From Candidatus Marsarchaeota archaeon (GTDB taxonomy: Archaea; Thermoproteota; Thermoprotei_A; Marsarchaeales; Marsarchaeaceae): DNA of 64,000 bases. Each line of letters opens with the position of its first letter. Position 1 is the stretch's first letter. This document shows, in pieces, positions 1 through 8,770 of the stretch. The notes below the pieces were generated by a model that did no database searches, was not told the DNA's origin, and was given only the letters and a program-made list of their open reading frames with translations. Made by a program: the position numbers and the translations under genes. Location of the stretch: contig JAMDBQ010000006.1 in the NCBI GenBank assembly GCA_023487445.1, forward strand, positions 4,157 to 68,156. Reading direction: 5' to 3'.

Positions 1-556
1 CGTCTCTTTCCCTAAGAACTCCTCTCTTAAGCGTCTTAGTAGCTTCTCAACAGTCTTGCGAGTCGATAAGAGTACATCCACACCATCCCGGTTTTCGGAG
101 TAGTCGTGGACGAAGTTTCTATCCTCCATGGAATTTAGTGTTGACTCTACCATTTCTGTCACATACATGTTCTCTCTAGGATTCATAGCTCGACCCTCAA
201 CCCTAACTTTCAACTCAAACAGATACCCCTTGTTTTTGGCGATTAAACAGTTTGTGCAAGTTGAGCGAATCAAGCCACCTATTTTCCTATTGACTCGTGG
301 GTGTCTGCCACCATAAATGGTGCGCTCGAAAATGCCCCGATTTGAGAGAAGTATACTGCCTCGAGAGGTAGAGACTAACATAGAGGAGAGGCCAGGATAG
401 ATACGCCACCTCCCTCCGATCTTTGCGGCCCCACACGTTCCGCAGTAGACTAAATCTTCTGTCTTAGTACGCAAACGGGCACTCTCCGTATAGCACTCGC
501 TACACATATTCCTTCTAGAAAAGTCGGGAGCAGTTTCCTTACCACAGCTCGGGCAT
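1..556 (-). CDS. NMD3-family ribosomal large-subunit biogenesis/export factor homologue; 3' end runs off the window
   Basis: Not in ORF track (no stop inside window). Minus-strand frame is open from ~555 to position 1: ..CPSCGKETAPDFSRRNMCSECY..VYCGTCGAAKIGGRW..CTNCLIAKNKGYLFELKVRVEG.. = paired CxxC knuckles plus the C..C..Y...Q.R-like block typical of NMD3. Start codon is problematic (see finding). Confidence 0.6.
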
Positions 557-560
557 TTAA

Positions 561-923
561 TCAGATTCTGTAGACCTCCGCATACTTGGCTCCACCTAGA
601 TCGGATATGGCATAGGGGTCGACTAAACCAGCTTTAACCGCGGCTGCCACGATGTAAGAGCCTAGAAACGTTACCATCCCAGCCGCCGCAGCAGCGTCCA
701 GTGCATATTGCACACTGACCTCTTGGCCGCCGAAGTATTGAGGGTCAACTCTAAATCCAGTTCCTAAAGTTTGGCCAAGCAGCTCGCTTTCGCAGATAAC
801 CAAAATCGTTTTCCCCTCTGAAGTCACTTGTTTGAGCAGGACCCTGTTTTTAGACCCAGCTGCTTTCTTAGGCCTCTTTGGAGAGGCTACTGTGGAGCCT
901 TTACTGCTGACTCTGCCCCGCAT
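561..923 (-). CDS. DUF424 (COG2412-like) conserved archaeal protein
   Basis: ORF-track protein ..ILVICESELLGQT..RVDPQYFGGQEVSV..VTFLGSYIVAAAVKAGLVDP..GGAKYAEVY matches my memory of the DUF424 pattern (aiCDedLlGk ... fYgGe ... nlvG ... i.gvPha). The K/R-rich N-terminal 30 aa overlap aIF2-beta and may not be translated. Confidence 0.5.
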   Translation of the reverse strand: MRGRVSSKGSTVASPKRPKKAAGSKNRVLLKQVTSEGKTILVICESELLGQTLGTGFRVDPQYFGGQEVSVQYALDAAAAAGMVTFLGSYIVAAAVKAGLVDPYAISDLGGAKYAEVYRI

Positions 924-1315
924 GCCTCACACACCATGTAAACCACGCGAACCCTCTTTGTAAGCCTGGTATCAGGCCTCCCGCATGTTGGGCACTTGAC
1001 AAAGAAGTTCACGTATCTTTCCAAAAGTTGGTATACTTGAGTATCTGTAAACCTACCCTGTAATACCAACCTTCCGTCAGCGTCTACATAGCCAGCTGTG
1101 GCCAGATGTCTGACCACGAATTTCATTACATGACTAGGATCTCTTCGAAAAAGCTGGCATATTTCTTTGAAATTAAGAAGTATTATCTTATCCCCATCCT
1201 GACGCAAGTTCGGGGTTGGAACAGCAAACCACTCCCCTGTACCCGAATCGGACGGAACTTGCTTGTATAGATCGTCAAGTAACGCATTATAATCCTTATC
1301 TAACTGATTCATCAA
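887..1315 (-). CDS. eif2b: translation initiation factor aIF2 beta subunit
   Basis: 142 aa; C-terminal zinc ribbon FFVKCPTCGRPDTRL..YMVCEACGAES and N-terminal ..YNALLDDLYKQVP.. are typical of aIF2-beta/eIF5 family. Confidence 0.85.
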   Translation of the reverse strand: MMNQLDKDYNALLDDLYKQVPSDSGTGEWFAVPTPNLRQDGDKIILLNFKEICQLFRRDPSHVMKFVVRHLATAGYVDADGRLVLQGRFTDTQVYQLLERYVNFFVKCPTCGRPDTRLTKRVRVVYMVCEACGAESAVKAPQ

Positions 1316-1551
1316 GTAAGATGCTACATATGAGAATATAAGGCTTACATGGCCGTTTGCGCCAGATTCCTGAGTTTCTCCTATTCCGTCGAAACAAATT
1401 CGTCATAGTGCTAGTTGGCGCTTGCATTCAACTAAAAAAAACCCGAGTTAGTTAAGTTCTACACGAGATTTTAGTGCATGAGACCCAGTATATACATATG
1501 TCACGAAATCGTAACATCAACAAATGCTTATAATTAGGACACAAAAGACAC

Positions 1552-3321
1552 GTGCCCATGCAAAACCTAACCCTTACGAAAATCCTTACTCTGATAATCG
1601 CTACATGTGTGATTCTGACACCAACGTTTTCCATCGCAACAACCGCCCAAACCACCACATCCAACTCCAACACGTTTATACTCGGATATGGGGGCACGCC
1701 GTTTGACACATTCAATCCGTTCACAACCTATACGGTAGTTTCAACAATGTCCACAATCGACGTGTACGACACACTTGTGAAACTTACTCCAAACTTTTCA
1801 AACCCCGTACCCGATCTAGCCTATAAGTGGACTATTTACCCGAACAACTCTGCGGCGGTTTTCTACTTAGTTAAGAACGCAACTTGGTCGGACGGGGTTC
1901 CAGTAACAGCACAAGACGTGGTATACAGCTATGAGCTCGCTTCAAACAACGTGTCGAGACTCCAACCCAACGTAGCACCAATAATATCAGTGGAGGCGAT
2001 AAATAACTACACCGTTGAGATCCATTATCATCCGACGCTTTTGTTGATTAACAACATTATTTCTCAGGTCCCTATAGTTCCAAAGCATGTGTGGGAAAAG
2101 TATGTTCCAGATCCGCTCAATGCGACCGCGCTTAGCGATTACCAAGACTACCCGCTAGTTTCAAGCGGACCCTTCACTGTATCCCAATATGTTCAAGGCC
2201 AGTACATCGAGTTGACTGCCAACCCACACTATTTCTACAAGACAAGAGAACCTCACATCAAAAACATCGTCATACAGTTCTTCAAGGACTCAAATACAAT
2301 GGTAGCCGCGCTTGAGTCGGGCCAGATAGACGCAGTCGCGCCCACAATACAACCTGCGCAGATTTCGTCACTCGAAAGTGGTTATCCCAACATCAAGGTT
2401 GTGGTTGAACCAGGAGAAGAGCTGTGGTACATAGGCGTGAACGTCTACCCTTATGGCCACGGTAACCCCACCCTTAAGGATTTACAGGTCAGAAAGGCGC
2501 TTGCCTACGCAATCAACACAACCGAGCTTGCCCAGGTAATTTGGAGGGGGTACGCCACTCCGGCCGCAGGCCTTCTCCCCGTTGGGAACGCCTACCACGA
2601 CCCCAACCTCAAGCCCTATCCCTTCAACCTTACACTTGCCAACCTAACACTTGAAGAAGCAGGCTACAAAATGGGTCCCAACGGGATAAGGGTAAGCCCC
2701 AACGGCGTTCCGCTTTCCTACACATTATACGTGATCAACAGTGACCCAGAGGAAATCCAAGCCGCTAATATCGTTGCAGGATGGTGGAAACAGATAGGAG
2801 TTCAGGCAAACGTGGTGCCCGAAGACGGGGGGGCCCTTGCAAATATAATCTGGCCAAATTTCACTCAAGACTTCGATCTGTGGGATTGGTACACGAGTCC
2901 TGCGGTTCCAACACTCCTTTCGGTGTTTCTTGCCAACCAGACCGAAACCGGGATCTCTGACAGCGGCTACAACAACTCAAGCTACGACAAACTGTACGGC
3001 CAAATGCTTACCGCCACATCTCAGGCCCAGTTGAAGGAAGACGCCTACCAGCTTCAGGCAATGCTCTACAACGACCTGCCTTACCTCATGCTGTACTATG
3101 TGGACAGCATTGAAGCCTATAATACGCATTTTTCGGGACTCTACACTAACATGACCGGTGGACCTTTCTCTGACGTGAACTGGCTTACCTTCCTAGATCT
3201 GCAACCCGCGCATACATCATCGACAACCTCTAGCGACGTTGTTCCACTGGCCGGGGCACTAGTCGTCGCCATCGCAGTGATCTCCATAGCTCTTTACTTA
3301 AAGAGGAGAGGCTCCACATAA
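1552..3321 (+). CDS. ABC transporter substrate-binding protein, family 5 (oligo/dipeptide/nickel type), C-terminally membrane-anchored
   Basis: 589 aa, N-terminal signal/TM, family-5 SBP-like core (..WSDGVPVTAQDVVYSYE..), Ser/Thr linker then C-terminal TM (LAGALVVAIAVISIALYL) as in archaeal binding proteins. First gene of a 5-gene ABC operon. Confidence 0.8.
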   Translation: MPMQNLTLTKILTLIIATCVILTPTFSIATTAQTTTSNSNTFILGYGGTPFDTFNPFTTYTVVSTMSTIDVYDTLVKLTPNFSNPVPDLAYKWTIYPNNSAAVFYLVKNATWSDGVPVTAQDVVYSYELASNNVSRLQPNVAPIISVEAINNYTVEIHYHPTLLLINNIISQVPIVPKHVWEKYVPDPLNATALSDYQDYPLVSSGPFTVSQYVQGQYIELTANPHYFYKTREPHIKNIVIQFFKDSNTMVAALESGQIDAVAPTIQPAQISSLESGYPNIKVVVEPGEELWYIGVNVYPYGHGNPTLKDLQVRKALAYAINTTELAQVIWRGYATPAAGLLPVGNAYHDPNLKPYPFNLTLANLTLEEAGYKMGPNGIRVSPNGVPLSYTLYVINSDPEEIQAANIVAGWWKQIGVQANVVPEDGGALANIIWPNFTQDFDLWDWYTSPAVPTLLSVFLANQTETGISDSGYNNSSYDKLYGQMLTATSQAQLKEDAYQLQAMLYNDLPYLMLYYVDSIEAYNTHFSGLYTNMTGGPFSDVNWLTFLDLQPAHTSSTTSSDVVPLAGALVVAIAVISIALYLKRRGST

Positions 3322-3322
3322 A

Positions 3323-4294
3323 GTGGGAATGGGCAGATACGTGATCAAGAGGGCGGCATCATCCGTCCTAACCTTTTTCGTAACCGTGGCCCTCACCTTC
3401 GTTCTCTTCAGATTGCTTCCAGGAAACCCGGTTCAACTATTATTCAGGAACCCAGAGCTTACTCAAGCAGAGATACGTGAACTCAGCACACAGTTCGGCC
3501 TTAACAAGCCTCTATGGCTCCAATTCATCCTTTACATAAGGAATGTTTTTCTAGGCAACTGGGGCATTTCATTTTATTATAGGTCACCCGTAACAGAGGT
3601 GCTGTTTCCCGCCCTGCTGAACTCTGTTATCTTGATTCTTCCTGCAACAGTTCTTGCGATTGTTATAGGTGCCGGCCTCGGGGTATTGGCGGGCTGGAAG
3701 AGGGGTTCATATACAGACGTGGGGGTATTGTCGTCATCGCTTGTACTCTACGCGATACCAACGTTTTGGCTTGGTATCCTTCTTATTATGATCTTTGTTA
3801 AAGTTGGTGGCTTGCCGGTTTCGGGGATGGTGTCGATAACCGCCGTTAACGGTCCGCCCCTTCAATATCTTGTAAGCGTTTTACGCCACATGATTCTTCC
3901 AATGCTCACTCTTACGCTAGTGACTCTCGGGCAATTCACGATAATCATGAGGAGCAGTATAATAGGGGAACTAACCGAGGACTACGTCGTAGCAGCTTAT
4001 TCCAAGGGTTTAACCAGCAGCTGGCTTCTTCGTAAACACGTTGTACCCAACGCCCTTCTTCCAACTATTTCGATAATCGCAATAAGCATAGGAACGGTAG
4101 TAGCCGGCGCAGTGTTGACTGAAACTGTTTTTTCGTGGCCGGGCGTGGGTTCACTTATATATGACTCGATTTTCAGGAGGGATTATCCTGTACTACAAGG
4201 AGCGTTTCTGATTATTGCTCTGTTCGTGATCGCCGCGAATTTTGTTGCGGACATCATGTATGCCTATCTTGACCCAAGGGTGAAATACAGCTGA
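3323..4294 (+). CDS. ABC transporter permease (DppB/OppB type)
   Basis: 323 aa polytopic membrane protein; ends ..IMYAYLDPRVKYS, the typical DppB/OppB C-terminus; operon context. Confidence 0.85.
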   Translation: MGMGRYVIKRAASSVLTFFVTVALTFVLFRLLPGNPVQLLFRNPELTQAEIRELSTQFGLNKPLWLQFILYIRNVFLGNWGISFYYRSPVTEVLFPALLNSVILILPATVLAIVIGAGLGVLAGWKRGSYTDVGVLSSSLVLYAIPTFWLGILLIMIFVKVGGLPVSGMVSITAVNGPPLQYLVSVLRHMILPMLTLTLVTLGQFTIIMRSSIIGELTEDYVVAAYSKGLTSSWLLRKHVVPNALLPTISIIAISIGTVVAGAVLTETVFSWPGVGSLIYDSIFRRDYPVLQGAFLIIALFVIAANFVADIMYAYLDPRVKYS

Positions 4295-4296
4295 GG

Positions 4297-5160
4297 ATTC
4301 GCGCAAACAGCGTATTTGACGCCTTAACACACAGCTCGAAGGGGCTAGTAGGCCTATCAATACTCATAGTGATGGTGTTGATGGCGATCCTTGCCCCGTA
4401 TATTTCACCTTACAACCCCAACCAGATTGATCCTAACGCCATTTTGCAAGGGCCATCCTTTCACCATCTCTTGGGGACAAACGAGGTCGGCCAAGATATT
4501 CTCTCGCTTGTAATATGGGGTTCAAGAGTGTCGCTTCTTGTGGGGTTCCTAGCCACGGCGGTAGCGATAACCGTGGGAACCACAATTGGAGTGGCAGCAG
4601 GCTACTTCGGCACAGCGGCAGACGAAGTGTTAATGCGGCTCACAGACTTCTTCCTTGTTGTACCTGCAGTTGTGCTCGCTATCATCGTGGCGGCTCTGCT
4701 TGGCAATTCCCTGCTTAACGTTGTCCTGATAATCGGGCTTCTGAGCTGGCCACCCACAGCCAGAATAGTTAGGTCATCAACCTTGGTGTATAAACACGCC
4801 CCATTCGTGGAAGCCAGTAAAGTTGCAGGGGCAAGCAGCATCCACATTCTAAGAACACATATACTCCCCAACGTTATGCCGCTTGTATATGCCAACACCG
4901 CCCTAACAATTGCGAATGCGATATTTACACAGTCAGCACTCGTCTTCCTAGGGGTCGGCGACATAAACAACATAAGCTGGGGCCAAACGCTGCACTTTGC
5001 ATATTCATCGGGAGCAATAACAGCGGGAGACTACTGGTACGCAATACCTCCCGGCTTAATGATTGTATTGGCCGTTCTCGGGTTTGCTCTTGCAGGTTAT
5101 TCATTGGATGAAGCCTTTAACCCCCGATTGAAAGGAGGCTCAGTCTTTGGCTCTGCTTGA
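4297..5160 (+). CDS. ABC transporter permease (DppC/OppC type); true start unresolved
   Basis: ORF track starts at GTG 4369 in the middle of TM1 (MMVLMAILAPYISPYNP). The same frame is open upstream to 4273 and reads ..RIRANSVFDALTHSSKGLVGLSILIV.., the expected DppC N-terminus, but has no ATG/GTG/TTG (ATT 4297, CTG 4291 only). Confidence 0.75.
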   Translation: MRANSVFDALTHSSKGLVGLSILIVMVLMAILAPYISPYNPNQIDPNAILQGPSFHHLLGTNEVGQDILSLVIWGSRVSLLVGFLATAVAITVGTTIGVAAGYFGTAADEVLMRLTDFFLVVPAVVLAIIVAALLGNSLLNVVLIIGLLSWPPTARIVRSSTLVYKHAPFVEASKVAGASSIHILRTHILPNVMPLVYANTALTIANAIFTQSALVFLGVGDINNISWGQTLHFAYSSGAITAGDYWYAIPPGLMIVLAVLGFALAGYSLDEAFNPRLKGGSVFGSA

Positions 5161-6112
5161 GGTAAAGCATGTCTCAGTCAGCTTTTCAATTCGGTCGTCA
5201 CAGCTGAAGGCGGTCGACAACGTCGACCTAAGTGTGAAAAGCGGAGAAGTAATGGGAATCGTAGGTGAATCTGGAAGCGGGAAGTCGACTTTGGGTTACT
5301 CCATACTGAAACTGCTTCCTAGGAACGCGGCTATTGAAGGGAAAGTCGAATATCGGGGACTAGACCTCTACACCTTGAACGAGCTGGAAATGCGCAAGAT
5401 AAGGGGCAAAGAGATCGCCATGGTTTTCCAAGGATCTATGAATTCGTTAAACCCTTTAATCAAGATTGAAAGACAGGTTGCGGAACCCATAATAGTCCAC
5501 AATCGCCTTGGCTTTTCCGAGGCACTTTCAAAGGCCCGCGAGACACTTGAAAAGGTGGGCATTGACCCCAGCAAGGGAGAAAGTTATCCCCACGAGTTAA
5601 GCGGCGGCTTGAAGCAGAGGGTTGCTGTGGCTATCGCCTTAGCCGCTAATCCGAGCCTCCTCATAGCCGACGAGCCAACCACGGCTTTGGATGTAATGAC
5701 TCAGGCCCAGCTAATGGATCTGCTAAAAACTCAGTGCAGACAGCACAACATGGCTATGATCCTTATTTCTCACGACATCGCCCTGATATCAGAATCATGT
5801 GACTCAATTGCAGTGATGTATGCGGGGAGAGTAATAGAATCTGGACCCGCGCAGAGAGTCATTCATAACCCCATTCATCCATACACGAGAGGGTTGCTAG
5901 CCTCCATACCCTCTATTCAGGACGTTGGTAAACACAGGGAATCGATACCAGGCGACCCACCTGACCCGTTCGATTTACCTGCAGGCTGCAGATTTCGACC
6001 ACGGTGTAGCTTCGCCACAGAGGCTTGCTCTTCATATGATCTGGCGTCTTTTCAGGCCGAAAAGGACCATTTCGCCTCATGTTTAATGGTGCGGGGTGGA
6101 CAACATGGATGA
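5147..6112 (+). CDS. ABC transporter ATP-binding protein (DppD/OppD type)
   Basis: Walker A GESGSGKST, signature LSGGLKQR, Walker B LLIADEPTTALD, C-terminal oligopeptide-type Cys motif CRFRPRC. Confidence 0.9.
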   Translation: MALLEVKHVSVSFSIRSSQLKAVDNVDLSVKSGEVMGIVGESGSGKSTLGYSILKLLPRNAAIEGKVEYRGLDLYTLNELEMRKIRGKEIAMVFQGSMNSLNPLIKIERQVAEPIIVHNRLGFSEALSKARETLEKVGIDPSKGESYPHELSGGLKQRVAVAIALAANPSLLIADEPTTALDVMTQAQLMDLLKTQCRQHNMAMILISHDIALISESCDSIAVMYAGRVIESGPAQRVIHNPIHPYTRGLLASIPSIQDVGKHRESIPGDPPDPFDLPAGCRFRPRCSFATEACSSYDLASFQAEKDHFASCLMVRGGQHG

Positions 6113-7094
6113 CACTATTTTGGAAACAAGCGCCGTGACCAAGCTTTTTCCTTTGAGGCGTTCACTAACCCACGTTCTACTGCGCCGCCCACTACAATAT
6201 ACTCATGCCGTTGAAAGGCTGAGCATCAAGATAAAGAAAGGGGAAATAGTTGCCCTCGTAGGGGAAAGCGGTTCGGGCAAGACCACCGCCGGTCGTTTAA
6301 TGATTGGTCTCGAGCGACCCTCCGCTGGCGAGGTAATTTTCAGAGGCGAAAGGATTGATCAGCTAACCCCTAAACAAATGAAGCCGTTAAGGAGGAATCT
6401 GCAGATGGTGTACCAAGACCCGTACGCGTCGCTTAATCCCAAGCTCAGAATCAAGGACACTCTTTTAGAACCCCTTAAAGTGAATGGTTTGGAACATAGT
6501 GATGGAGTGCTTTTAGAGTACCTTACTATGGCGGGATTAAGGCCCCCTGAAAAATTTCTTTATAGATACCCGCACGAGTTAAGCGGCGGTCAACGGCAAA
6601 GGGTGTGTATCGCAAGAGCAATGGTTCTTAACCCCGAATTTGTGGTGGCCGATGAACCCGTATCGATGCTAGACGTTTCCATGAGGTCTGAAATACTGAA
6701 CGTTATACGGAGGTTCAACAATCAGGAAAAAACTTCATTTCTGCTGATAACGCACGACCTGGCGGTAGCAGCCCAGATCGCTGATAGGGTAGCGGTCATG
6801 TATCTGGGCGCACTCGTTGAGGAAGGACCCACGCAACAGGTTCTAAACCATCCACTTCACCCATACACCAAAGCGCTTATGTCGGTTGTCCCGCGGGTCG
6901 GCGGTTCAGATCAAGAAAAAATAGTACTAAAAGGCGAGGTTACCGATGCCCGTGACATCCCTCAGGGGTGCAGATTCCATCCAAGATGCCCCTATGCGTT
7001 TGATGTCTGCAGAACCGACGCGCCGCAGGCGTCAAGTATAGAAGGGCACCTAGTTGAGTGTCACCTAGCCACCACTATTCAAGGTAACCGGTAG
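6096..7094 (+). CDS. ABC transporter ATP-binding protein (DppF/OppF type)
   Basis: Walker A GESGSGKTT, signature LSGGQRQR, Walker B VVADEPVSMLD, C-terminal CRFHPRCPY motif. Confidence 0.9.
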   Translation: MDNMDDTILETSAVTKLFPLRRSLTHVLLRRPLQYTHAVERLSIKIKKGEIVALVGESGSGKTTAGRLMIGLERPSAGEVIFRGERIDQLTPKQMKPLRRNLQMVYQDPYASLNPKLRIKDTLLEPLKVNGLEHSDGVLLEYLTMAGLRPPEKFLYRYPHELSGGQRQRVCIARAMVLNPEFVVADEPVSMLDVSMRSEILNVIRRFNNQEKTSFLLITHDLAVAAQIADRVAVMYLGALVEEGPTQQVLNHPLHPYTKALMSVVPRVGGSDQEKIVLKGEVTDARDIPQGCRFHPRCPYAFDVCRTDAPQASSIEGHLVECHLATTIQGNR

Positions 7095-7302
7095 ATAAAG
7101 AAGTTTGAACAAATTCTACGAAGAGGTGCAGACAAACCACGAATCCTTCGCGCCAAGTATTGTCTTCTACTCAACGCGCGTCTATATGTGAGCCACCCAT
7201 TTGGGCTGAGAAGACGAGGTACCGCATTACTCTATTAAAACTTCGGAGGAGGACCTGCTACACGTATTTAGGATGAACACGTCGTAGGCAGCTGACGAAA
7301 AA

Positions 7303-7404
7303 TGCGGGGAGTGGGATTCGAACCCACGCAGCGCTTCCGCACGAGGTCCTAAGCTTCGCGGGCATCCGCCACTCGCGCCTTTGACCAAGCTCGGCCATCC
7401 CCGC
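7303..7404 (-). tRNA. tRNA-Leu(UAG): tRNA-Leu (anticodon UAG) with a ~17-nt intron at a non-canonical position in the anticodon stem (approx 7355-7371)
   Basis: Minus strand: GCGGGGA TG GCCGAGCTTGGTCAAAGGC G CGAG[tggcggatgcccgcgaa]G CTTAGGA CCTCG + long variable arm + GTGGG TTCGAAT CCCAC TCCCCGC A. Removing the bracketed 17 nt gives a perfect CGAGG/CCTCG anticodon stem and 7-nt loop CT-TAG-GA. Confidence 0.8.
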
Positions 7405-7472
7405 ACCCCTCTTGGTACGGACATTTATTTATAAAGACAACTGACTTCGTGTAGGCAGCGTAGAGTCAGAGC

Positions 7473-7820
7473 TTAAGGGTGCTGAACCTTCATAACTTTA
7501 TAGTGGTTTGAGTCGTCTTTATAGACTAACCATAGCTCATCCACGTCGAAAAACGGTTGGCAGATAACAGTTTTCTTGACGCCTTCCTGATGCATGTGCT
7601 TCATAGCGTAGTCGTTTGTGTGCTTAAACGTTTTACATTCCACCACGGTTAACTCCTTATCTTCTGAGGACGCGCATACGTCCGTAGTTTTGGAGCCGAG
7701 GGCAGCTTCCACACGAATGGCGTCCTTCGAAAATCCTTCTCTGATAAGCTCCTCCACAACTACTTTTTGAAGCGTCCTATGGGATATAGAACAGGGTCTG
7801 ACGCCCGATTCTCTGCTCAT
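7473..7820 (-). CDS. small PD-(D/E)xK nuclease-fold protein (Hjc/restriction-endonuclease-like), function unknown
   Basis: 115 aa; ordered acidic/Lys residues VVVEELIREGF .. TTDVCAS .. LTVVECK give an E..D..ExK arrangement with Hjc-like spacing. No further similarity recognised. Confidence 0.35.
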   Translation of the reverse strand: MSRESGVRPCSISHRTLQKVVVEELIREGFSKDAIRVEAALGSKTTDVCASSEDKELTVVECKTFKHTNDYAMKHMHQEGVKKTVICQPFFDVDELWLVYKDDSNHYKVMKVQHP

Positions 7821-7891
7821 AGGGTGAGAATGGTCATTCGTCTTAATATAAGCTGTTCCAGAGTGTAAGCAGGTTCAAGACGCTTTAATAC

Positions 7892-8632
7892 ATGTGCATG
7901 AACGCTAGCTATGTGTTCGATCTAGGTATATTCCTAGCGGCGGCCGGAATAACTATGCTTGAACTCGCGGAAGCTTCGGCCGTCGGCCTCACACTTTATG
8001 CAGAGCAAAAAGATTCCAAGGCATTCCTGTTCGTGAGTCTTGGTGTTCTAGTTGTGTTAATACCTACCGCACTTGTAGGTAATTTGATCGCGCTTCTGCC
8101 AATAACACTGGTTCGGGTCCTAGCCGCCACGCTTCTCCTTTACTTTGGCATAAGGCTAACGCGTAGCGCGAGAAGAGCAGTTCTGAGGAGTCGACAAGGA
8201 TCCAAGTTCCAGGCAAGCCACCAGGAAAATGACAAGGGACTGATGTCAACGGGCTTCTCGGTTGGTGCAATAGAGGCCTTCGAGGCCGCTATAGTTCTGG
8301 TCGCGCTTTTACCCAACAACTATACCTCTACAATCTACGGACTACTAACAGGGATAGCGGTTGTAATCATCGCCACATACTCTCTTAGGACACAGGTTAG
8401 GAAGGTCAAACAGGCAAGCATGAAAGTGGTGGTTGCGGCGTTACTTCTTTCGTTCTCACTGTTCTGGTATTCCGAGGTTGCCGTAAACATCAGCGACCTA
8501 GCGCTGATACCTCTTTTCATAGTATTCTTCTTTATCGTACGAGGGATAGCAAACAGAGGCGTCGCTACTACGGTAACCCCTCAAACGTCAACTCAACCCG
8601 ACACATCCGACGCCACCTTAACCAAGCATTGA
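7892..8632 (+). CDS. polytopic membrane protein with duplicated E-x-x-E-A helices (possible cation transporter), unassigned family
   Basis: 246 aa, ~6 TM; motif LELAEASAV in the first helix is echoed by IEAFEAAIV in the fourth, suggesting an internal duplication as in small cation-transporter families. Family not identified. Confidence 0.3.
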   Translation: MCMNASYVFDLGIFLAAAGITMLELAEASAVGLTLYAEQKDSKAFLFVSLGVLVVLIPTALVGNLIALLPITLVRVLAATLLLYFGIRLTRSARRAVLRSRQGSKFQASHQENDKGLMSTGFSVGAIEAFEAAIVLVALLPNNYTSTIYGLLTGIAVVIIATYSLRTQVRKVKQASMKVVVAALLLSFSLFWYSEVAVNISDLALIPLFIVFFFIVRGIANRGVATTVTPQTSTQPDTSDATLTKH

Positions 8633-8770
8633 ATACTCAACCGGCGACCACCGATCAACCTCAAGCCACGAATCGACGCGGCATCTACGTGGAAAATTTC
8701 CCATATGCAATAAATCAAGTTTGTTGATGCGGTTCCTCATCTGCCCAATGTATAAAAGATTCATGGGTAA

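Noticed and set aside
4602-4973. Numerous antisense or alternative-frame ORFs inside strongly supported genes (e.g. 4602..4973, 16013..16564, 18153..19515, 24195..24596, 31494..32102, 36978..37973, 38302..38932, 49174..50138, 50347..50794, 61535..62790)
   Set aside because: Each lies within a gene whose own frame carries unambiguous family motifs. Their products are low-complexity Ser/Arg/Pro/Leu-rich. This is expected noise at this GC content.
7227-7424. ORFs overlapping tRNA/SRP genes (7227..7424, 10055..10441, 35131..35337, 43007..43270, 20634..21005, 20833..21180)
   Set aside because: They run through well-folded tRNA or SRP RNA genes and have Arg/Pro/Gly-rich compositions typical of non-coding GC-rich DNA.
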